Below, piece after piece: positions 55,999 through 64,000 of a stretch of 64,000 bases of DNA (positions within the stretch are counted from its first letter, which is position 1; each line of letters begins with the position of its first letter). The notes beneath the pieces are model-generated. The model was not told the DNA's origin. It ran no database searches and saw only the letters and a list, made by a program, of their open reading frames with translations. The translations under genes were made by a program, and so were the position numbers. The DNA lies in the NCBI GenBank assembly GCA_964016885.1, contig OZ024742.1:96224001-96288000 (forward strand), given 5' to 3'. The DNA is from Eledone cirrhosa (Eukaryota).

Positions 55999-57150
55999 GG
56001 AGATCAATATCCCCACAGTTACTAAGTACCTCTGGAAATATAGGGTGTCTATGATACAGTGGTTGTTCTATGGTATTAATTTAACATACCAGAACTATAA
56101 AATTGAGATAAGCGGAGCAAGCAAGATTCAAACAATTTTTTAAAATATAATTTAAATATTCACCTATTCCATTTGCTTTTACCGACGGTTTCACCTTACA
56201 AAATATTGGAGATGCTAGGGACTTCCAATGGAAATGTTCGGATCATCAGAGAAAATTTTCCCTACCTAGCACAAAAGTCCCAGGAATGGCAAAATATATT
56301 GCCACCTGCCAGCTAGCACAGGATTGAATGAGGCCGTAAATTTGACCTATGCATGAACCAGCCCTTAGTAGAAGCGGAAGTAAACATAGACAAGTTGTCT
56401 ATCATGCCACTAAAAATAGCAGCTAAATAAAACAACGGATTTATTCTCTACATAACGGAGAATATATAAAAGGAGATCAATATCCCCCCACAGGTACTAA
56501 GTACTTCTGGAAATATATAGGGTGTCTATGGTACTGTGGTTGTTCTATGGTATTAATTTGACATACCAGAACTATAAAATTGAGATAAGCGGAGCAAGCA
56601 ACATTAAAATAAATTAAAAAATATAATTTAAATATTTAAATCTTACTTGCTCCGCTTATCTCAATTTTATAGTTCTGGTATGTCAAATTAATACCATAAA
56701 ACAACCACTGTATCATAGACACCCTATATATTTCCAGAGGTACTTAGTACGTATGGGGATATTAATCTCCTTTTATATATTCTCCATTATGTAGAGAATA
56801 AATCCGTTGTTTTATTTAGCTGCTATTTTTAGTGGCATTATAGACAACATGTCTATGTTTACTTCCGCTTCTACTAAGGGCTGGTTCATGCATAGGTCAA
56901 ACTTTCGGCCCCATACGATCCTGTGCTAGCTGGCAGGTGGCAATATATTTTGCTGTTCCTGGGACTTTTGTGCTAGGTAGGGAAAATTCTCTCTGATGAT
57001 CCGAACATTTCCATTGGAAGTCCCTAGGATTTCCCATCTTTTGTGAGGGGAAACCGTCGGTAAAAGCAAATGGAATAGGCGAAATATTTAAATTATATTT
57101 TTTAATTTATTTTAAAAAATTGTTTGAATCTTGCTTGCTCCGCTTATCTC

Positions 57151-57153
<3 letters not shown>
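55993..57153. mobile_element. ~473-nt non-coding monomer in partial tandem plus inverted copy, flanked by (TA)n (retrozyme / non-autonomous PLE-like)
   Basis: GGAGATCAATATCCCC at 55999 and 56472 (period 473). 56637-57153 is an inverted, circularly permuted copy with CTTGCTCCGCTTATCTC at both 56646 and 57134. CTGATGA (56993) ... GAAACCGTC (57050). Confidence 0.85.
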
Positions 57154-57196
<43 letters not shown>

Positions 57197-57315
57197 TGTC
57201 TTACCCATGCTAGCATGGAAAAATCAACATTAAACAATGATGTTAATGAAGATATATTGTAGATAGTCAGGGTCTGATGGCTGAGCTCCTACTGTTTCGA
57301 CAGCAAATATATATA

Positions 57316-57595
57316 TAATAAGAAAAAATGATGAAGTTTCGTTTACATGTTTATATGTTTTTATTAATTATCGACCAGTTACACACATTTCACTGATGAT
57401 TGGCTCAACGTCACCTATGAAGGCTATTTTTTGTCGTTGAATCACCATGTCTGATGAGTAAATTGCTGCTAGAGTTGGGTCCATACCTTTTATATGAGAC
57501 CTTGAGCCAATCGTCTGTGAAACACATGTATCAGATCGATAATCAATAAAAACATAAAAACATGTAAATGATACTTCATCGTTTTTTTCTTATTA
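57316..57595. mobile_element. Fold-back element with ~100-bp inverted arms in (TA)n
   Basis: 57316-57418 is the reverse complement of ~57492-57595. Contains CTGATGA (57393, 57451), GAAACACATGTA and AATAAA. Confidence 0.75.
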
Positions 57596-58221
57596 TATAT
57601 ATATATACACTGCCTGTGCATTGGTACCACCACCAGCAATTCCCTGAATCACTTAGACTATATGTGTGTTATGTATATATATATATATATTGAAAAGAGG
57701 TGATAGGCATTGAATAAAGATGTATATATAAATTTACATACATGAATGCATACATACACACTCACACACATGGTACAAGAAATAATGAAAAGAAAAAGAG
57801 ACAGTGACAACAATGCATTACTGAATGATAAGTATTTAAAGAAAAAAATCAGAAAATTTACCAAAAATTTCCATACAAAAATACACTTTTTAAACAATGT
57901 AATTTTTTTCTTTTTCCCAAAGAACTTTTATACCATTTTGAGATTCTTTCACTTTTGACCTTTGTAAACAGTGACCTGAACAAAAAAGTGTTCTTTCTAC
58001 AGAAAAGGTACAGACATCTTTTCACTTCAACTAATCTCTGTGTCTGCTGGGAATAAAATAATGCATTTTTTTTTTCAACCAATTGTTATAATTCTTTGCT
58101 CCTATCTCTATTCCATACTCCTACTCATCACAGAATATGTTAGAGAAGGAACTGGGACTGGCTTTTGACAAAGAATAGGATTATATTTTCTAGATTAATA
58201 CTATTTATTTATTTATTCATT

Positions 58222-58281
58222 TTGTTGTTGTTGTTGTTGTTGTTCTTCTTCTTCTTCTTCTTCTTCTTCTTCTTCTTCTTC
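58222..58281. repeat. (TTG)n-(CTT)n compound microsatellite
   Basis: Directly visible. Confidence 0.95.
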
Positions 58282-58452
58282 TTCTTCTTCTTCTTCTTCT
58301 TTGTTGTCCTTTTCATCTGATTAATGTTAGTAATAGTAGTGCAATTGCTACCCATTTCTTCCTCATTTCTATGTAAGTCTCCTCCACTTCATGTTGTAAC
58401 TTATCATTGCAATACCTCCTTCACCCAAAGACCTTATGGCATAAGATGAAAC

Positions 58453-58486
<34 letters not shown>

Positions 58487-58680
58487 TGAAACTTCCTTTG
58501 AGTTCTGCTTCTTTCCCAAATTACGTTGAGTGTCAACCTGCCACCTGCGGCAAAATTTGATAATACACACATTTTACAATCAATTGTCACACAAATGATG
58601 CCACAAGGGCACAAAAAACAGTAAATGTCTTTGCAAGGTTTTTAAATTGACGTTATTATGATTGATATTATTATTATTAT

Positions 58681-59649
58681 GTTGCCAGGCACTCACTTCC
58701 CTGTACCAAGCGGGCAATGCGATCAGTGGAACTTCCACTCTCGAGTTCTATAGATGATAAGTGGTGGGCAAGTGCGATGACGCACTCGGAGAAGCTTTGG
58801 GCCTCGACGAAGTCGAACTGACCAGTCTGTACCGGAGGACTTTTGAGCTGGGGACGATGACAAATTTCCAGAAATCCCTCGCTTGGCAGTGCTACTGGAG
58901 GGCACTGCCGGTTCGGCATAAACTCTACAGGCACGGAAGTGCTGTCAGACGGACCTGTCCAAGATGCGCACAGAACGACGAAACCGCTCTGCACGCACTT
59001 GTCCAATGTCTGTGCATTACTGACTTGTGGAGTTATGTCAAACAGCTACTGTCGCGTGTGGAATGAATCCGGCTATCGGCCGAGTCCATAGTGAAGATCG
59101 AGCCGCCACCTTCCTTAGGTCAGGAAGAGCAGGACATTTTCCTCTGTCTGGTGGCAGTTGCGAAAGAGATTATATGGTGGACTAGGTGGAAAGGACTAAA
59201 GACAGACACTTTTCTCTTCGGCCAATCCCTCATCAACTTCTTCCCAGTTTCACCTGGAAAGGAAGGTGAGGGTGGAGAGAGAAGTGCTGCTCCCCAGTAC
59301 ATTTACTAAAAGATGGGTGAATGTGGCGAGAATGGCTCGTGTGAATGGGCCTACTCTTACCATGCGCCTATAGGCTGGCTAACTTGAGGAGAGGGGTGCT
59401 CTCCTGGGTGCCCTAGAAGCGCAGGGTGGTTCAGGATTGGTGGGGTACCCGAGTCGCCCTAGGGTCGTCCACCCCCTATCGGGGAATTTATTTTGTTATA
59501 TTTATGCATAGTTTATTTTATATTTTTATATTTTCATTGTTAAATTAGTCTTGCCATTGTGCACTTTTACTCAACCTTATTGTAAACCCCCATTGTCCCT
59601 GTCTTTGTATTTTCCCCTACATGTCGGCCCTTGTGGCTAATAAATAAAA

Positions 59650-59680
<31 letters not shown>
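58681..59680 (+). mobile_element. L1/Tx1-clade LINE 3' end (zf-RVT/CCHC, 3' UTR, (ATT)n tail)
   Basis: LAWQCYWRALPVRHKL...CPRCAQNDETALHALVQC; internal stop at ~59064; AATAAA then (ATT)10. The 5' end also abuts (ATT)n. Confidence 0.8.
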
Positions 59681-59681
<1 letters not shown>

Positions 59682-61715
59682 TGTATTTATCTTGCTTTAT
59701 GTTCATACGAGTTATCACCAAGTCACAACCAGTGACCTCAAGAGACAACAAGGTCCGCCATGTTCAAGAAAGAACATACATATTCACACATGCATCCTTA
59801 GTGTTTAGACTTGTGATGTACTTATATTGACAGGATCTTCCTTAGTATATGGGCAGTTCCCATTAGTACTATCTTTTGTATTTCTCCTATACGCGGGTTT
59901 CCTGGGATTTGCGATAAGTAGTCGTTAGACCCCTTAGGTATCATTCCCAGAGCGCCTACAACCACTGGTATTGTTTTAGTTCTCAATTTCCACATTTTTC
60001 CAATTTCTATCTCCAGGTCCTTATACTTGCTCAATTTTTCAAATGTTTTTATAGATACATTCTTGTCTATTGGAACAGACATATCAATTAGCAGGCATAC
60101 CCTCCTTTGAAAGTCCTTCAATATTATATCAGGTCTATTTGCATCTATTTTTCGGTCTGTTTGGATGCTAAAGTTCCACAAGATTGAGATGTGATCTTTT
60201 TCAAGTATGGGAGGTGGTTGATGCTCCCACCAATTCTTTTGATGGGGCAGGTCAAAATGCTTACACATTATCCAATGTATGTATTGTGCAGCTCTGTCAT
60301 GCCTGTTTAGGTATTCGGTTGGAGCTATAGGACTGCACATTGAAATTATATGGTCAATGGTCTCTGATTGTTTTTTGCATACACGGCATAATGGGCTGCA
60401 CCCATTTTTTATTATGTTGGCTTGGTAATTTTTTGTTGGCAGACACTGATCTTGTGCTGATATAATCAGTCCTTCAGTCTCCGATTTCAGTCCAGAGGAT
60501 GCCAACCACTGATGGGTTAAAGTTTTGTCAACATCAGGATTCTTAGCTCGCTCTGGGTATTTTCCATACAGAGGCTTTTCTTGCCATTTCTTAGCCAGTT
60601 TCTGTAGCAGTTCTTTCTTTGCAGTTACTTTTACCTGCTTTGCTTTTTCTGTGTTTTCCATTTCAGCAGTAAATGGGACTTCTGAAATTTGTAGTCCATT
60701 ACTGTATCTTTGTTCATCTTTTGTAATGGAATATGATCTTTTGATGCTTTCGTGTTTCAAAACGAGTTTGATCATCCAATCATGTGATTCCCTTAGATAT
60801 GTAGATAATCCAATTGTTGCAGTTTTCAACGCAATGTCTAACTGGATTAACCCACGTCCTCCTTCTTTCCTAGGGAGATATATTCTATCTATATCTGCCT
60901 TAGGGTGATGCATTCTGTGCATGGTTAAGAATTTTCGAATTTTTGTATCGAGACTACGGATCTCTGTGCTTGACCAGTTGATGACATTGTAACTGTAGGT
61001 TACTACTGGTATGGCAAGCGTGTTTATGGCATCGATCCTATTCCTTGCATTCAATTCCGTTCTTAAGATTGCTCTTACTCTGCGGTAACATTCCTTCCTT
61101 ATCCTTTCCCTCATTGTCAAGTGCTTGATTCCGTCTCCTTCACAAACACCTAGATATTTGTAAGTTTTTTCTTGATCAAGTTCTCTTATCACGTTCCCCC
61201 GATCAAGATTAATGTCTGAACTCTTCAGCAGCTTTCCTCTGGTGAACGTTGCTTTGGCGCATTTATCTAGTCCAAACTCCATTTTAATGTCATCACTGAA
61301 CTGCTTCACAGTGGATAATAGCCCTTGCAATTGTTCATCATTTTTTGCAAATAGTTTCAGGTCATCCATGTAGAACAGGTGATTAATGGTTTTGTCATAG
61401 ACTTTATATCCATGTTTTGTTTCATTGAGCATTTTACTTAATGGTATAAGTGCGATGCAGAATAAAAGCGGTGATAAAGAGTCACCCTGAAAAATTCCAC
61501 AATTGGTGGGGTACCCGAGTCACCCTAGGATCGTCCACCCCCTATCGGGGAATTTATTTTGTTATATTTATACATAGTTTATTTTATATTTTTATATTTT
61601 CATTGTTAAATTAGTCTTGCCATTGTGCACTTTTACTCGACCTTATTGTAAACCCCCATTGTCCCTGTCTTTGTATTTTCCCCTACATGTCAGCCCTTGT
61701 GGCTAATAAATAAAA

Positions 61716-61747
<32 letters not shown>

Positions 61748-63570
61748 TGCATTTATCTTTCTTTATGTTCATACGAGTTATCACCAAGTCACAACCAGTG
61801 ACCTCAAGAGACAACAAGGTCCGCCATGTTCAAGAAAGAACATACATATTCACACATGCATCCTTAGTGTTTAGACTTGTGATGTACTTATATTGACAGG
61901 ATCTTCCTTAGTATATGGGCAGTTCCCATTAGTACTATCTTTTGTATTTCTCCTATACGCGGGTTTCCTGGGATTTGCGATAAGTTGTCGTTAGACCCCT
62001 TAGGTATCATTCCCAGAGCGCCTACAACCACTGGTATTGTTTTAGTTCTCAATTTCCACATTTTTCCAATTTCTATCTCCAGGTCCTTATACTTGCTCAA
62101 TTTTTCAAATGTTCTTATAGATACATTCTTGTCTATTGGAACAGACATATCAATTAGCAGGCATACCCTCCTTTGAAAGTCTTTCAATATTATATCAGGT
62201 CTATTTGCATCTATTTTTCGGTCTGTTTGGATGCTAAAGTTCCACAAGATTGAGATGTGATCTTTTTCAAGTATGGGAGGTGGTTGATGCTCCCACCAAT
62301 TCTTTTGATGGGGCAGGTCAAAATGCTTACACATTATCCAATGTATGTATTGTGCAGCTCTGTCATGCCTGTTTAGGTATTCGGTTGGAGCTATAGGACT
62401 GCACATTGAAATTATATGGTCAATGGTCTCTGGTTGTTTTTTGCATACACGGCATAATGGGCTGCACCCATTTTTTATTATGTTGGCTTGGTAATTTTTT
62501 GTTGGCAGACACTGATCTTGTGCCGATATAATCAGTCCTTCAGTCTCCGATTTCAGTCCAGAGGATGCCAACCACTGATGGGTTAAAGTTTTGTCAACAT
62601 CAGGATTGTTAGCTCGCTCTGGGTATTTTCCATACAGAGGCTTTTCTTGCCATTTCTTAGCCAGTTTCTGTAGCAGTTCTTTCTTTGCAGTTACTTTTAC
62701 CTGCTTTGCTTTTTCTGTGTTTTCCATTTCAGCAGTAAATGGGACTTCTGAAATTTGTAGTCCATTACTGTATCTTTGTGCATCTTTTGTAATGGAATAT
62801 GATCTTTTGGTGCTTTCGTGTTTCAAAACGAGTTTGATCATCCAATCATGTGATTCCCTTAGATATGTGGATAATCCAATTATTGCAGTTTTCAACGCAA
62901 TGTCTAACTGGATTAACCCACGTCCTCCTTCTTTCCTAGGGAGATATATTCTATCTATGTCTGCCTTAGGGTGATGCATTCTGTGCATGGTTAAGAATTT
63001 TCGGATTTTTGTATCGAGCCTACGGATCTCTGTGCTTGACCAGTTGATGACATTGTAACTGTAGGTTACTACTGGTATGGCAAGCGTGTTTATGGCATCG
63101 ATCCTATTCCTTGCATTCAATTCCGTTCTTAAGATTGCTCTTACGCTGCGGTAACATTCCTTCCTTATCCTTTCCCTCATTGTCGAGTGCTTGATTCCGT
63201 CTCCTTCACAAACACCTAGATATTTGTAAGTTTTTTCTTGATCAAGCTCTCTTATCACGTTCCCCCGATCAAGATTAATGTCTGAACTCTTCAGCAGCTT
63301 TCCTCTGGTGAACGTTGCTTTGGCGCATTTATCCAGTCCAAACTCCATTTTAATGTCATCACTGAACTGCTTCACAGTGGATAATAGCCCTTGCAAGTGT
63401 TCATCATTTTTTTCAAATAGTTTCAGGTCATCCATGTAGAACAGGTGATTAATAGTTTTGTCATAGACTCTATATCCATGTTTTGTTTCATTGAGCATTT
63501 TACTTAATGGTATAAGTGCGATGCAGAATAAAAGCGGTGATAAAGAGTCACCCTGAAAAATTCCACAATT
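59436..63570. repeat. 2066-bp direct tandem duplication
   Basis: Junction ATT at 59436, 61502 and 63568; ORF stops at 59822 and 61888 (offset 2066). Confidence 0.92.
59822..61432 (-). CDS. R4/Dong-like non-LTR retrotransposon, RT C-terminal half + CCHC + restriction-like endonuclease (5'-truncated copy)
   Basis: YMDDLKLF, YKYLG, GGRGL, CRVC...HIISMC, RHD, RPD...D...K..KY. The 3' UTR ends in (TAA)n. Truncated at 61501. Confidence 0.9.
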   Translation of the reverse strand: MLNETKHGYKVYDKTINHLFYMDDLKLFAKNDEQLQGLLSTVKQFSDDIKMEFGLDKCAKATFTRGKLLKSSDINLDRGNVIRELDQEKTYKYLGVCEGDGIKHLTMRERIRKECYRRVRAILRTELNARNRIDAINTLAIPVVTYSYNVINWSSTEIRSLDTKIRKFLTMHRMHHPKADIDRIYLPRKEGGRGLIQLDIALKTATIGLSTYLRESHDWMIKLVLKHESIKRSYSITKDEQRYSNGLQISEVPFTAEMENTEKAKQVKVTAKKELLQKLAKKWQEKPLYGKYPERAKNPDVDKTLTHQWLASSGLKSETEGLIISAQDQCLPTKNYQANIIKNGCSPLCRVCKKQSETIDHIISMCSPIAPTEYLNRHDRAAQYIHWIMCKHFDLPHQKNWWEHQPPPILEKDHISILWNFSIQTDRKIDANRPDIILKDFQRRVCLLIDMSVPIDKNVSIKTFEKLSKYKDLEIEIGKMWKLRTKTIPVVVGALGMIPKGSNDYLSQIPGNPRIGEIQKIVLMGTAHILRKILSI

Positions 63571-63798
63571 AATATTAACTTCTCCAGCTTCCAGTGATTT
63601 TGTTTCACTATTCAAAAGGAGTGTCGTTCTCCATGTCTTCATACTGAATGACAAAAACCTCCTGACAACGGGGGATATTTTGAAAATCTCTAAACATTTT
63701 TCAATCCAACTGTGTGGCAATCTATCGAATGCTTTTTTATAATCTATCCAAGCAATCGATAGATTTTTGTGTCTATTATGACAATCTTTCAGTATCAT
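61888..63798 (-). CDS. R4/Dong-like RT-RLE ORF, longer copy running off the window end
   Basis: Adds WIDYKKAFD and GIFQGDSLSPLLF. Upstream NYRPITCL is in frame but interrupted by one TAA at 63919-63921. Confidence 0.9.
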   Translation of the reverse strand: MILKDCHNRHKNLSIAWIDYKKAFDRLPHSWIEKCLEIFKISPVVRRFLSFSMKTWRTTLLLNSETKSLEAGEVNINCGIFQGDSLSPLLFCIALIPLSKMLNETKHGYRVYDKTINHLFYMDDLKLFEKNDEHLQGLLSTVKQFSDDIKMEFGLDKCAKATFTRGKLLKSSDINLDRGNVIRELDQEKTYKYLGVCEGDGIKHSTMRERIRKECYRSVRAILRTELNARNRIDAINTLAIPVVTYSYNVINWSSTEIRRLDTKIRKFLTMHRMHHPKADIDRIYLPRKEGGRGLIQLDIALKTAIIGLSTYLRESHDWMIKLVLKHESTKRSYSITKDAQRYSNGLQISEVPFTAEMENTEKAKQVKVTAKKELLQKLAKKWQEKPLYGKYPERANNPDVDKTLTHQWLASSGLKSETEGLIISAQDQCLPTKNYQANIIKNGCSPLCRVCKKQPETIDHIISMCSPIAPTEYLNRHDRAAQYIHWIMCKHFDLPHQKNWWEHQPPPILEKDHISILWNFSIQTDRKIDANRPDIILKDFQRRVCLLIDMSVPIDKNVSIRTFEKLSKYKDLEIEIGKMWKLRTKTIPVVVGALGMIPKGSNDNLSQIPGNPRIGEIQKIVLMGTAHILRKILSI

Positions 63799-64000
63799 TT
63801 TGTTAACCAGAAGCTGATCCTTACAGCCATATGAGCCTCGTTTACACCCTTTCTGCTCAATGGGAAATAGGTCATTTGTTATCAGGTGGTCATATGTGTA
63901 TTCAGTTAGGACTGATGTTTAAATTTTATACATTGTGGTCAAGCAGGTTATCGGTCTGTAATTTTGGGGATTGTTTGTCTCATCATTCTTCGGTAGCAGG

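Noticed and set aside
60525-60908. Plus-strand ORFs within the Dong-like and RTE elements
   Set aside because: Antisense shadows of retrotransposon ORFs.

Overview
AT-rich, repeat-saturated eukaryotic DNA, probably intergenic or a large intron. The microsatellite load, SINE families and 5S sequence suggest an octopus/coleoid mollusc; that is recall-based inference. No host protein-coding gene can be supported. Contents: many RTE-clade LINE fragments (one family has a PHD-like finger just after the RT core), three tRNA-derived SINE families, a mariner relic, TTAA-flanked piggyBac-like MITEs, an L1/Tx1-like 3' end, and an R4/Dong-like RT+RLE element inside a 2066-bp tandem duplication. Three things stand out. 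(1) At least six non-coding fold-back elements flanked by (TA)n, several carrying minimal type I hammerhead-ribozyme motifs; one is a ~473-nt monomer in partial tandem plus inverted arrangement. A decayed Penelope-like RT is also present, so this looks like a Penelope-driven, retrozyme-like system. (2) A full-length 5S rRNA fused to a tRNA-SINE and inserted as one unit between 17-bp target-site duplications. (3) Two SINE-LINE partnerships visible from shared 3' ends.
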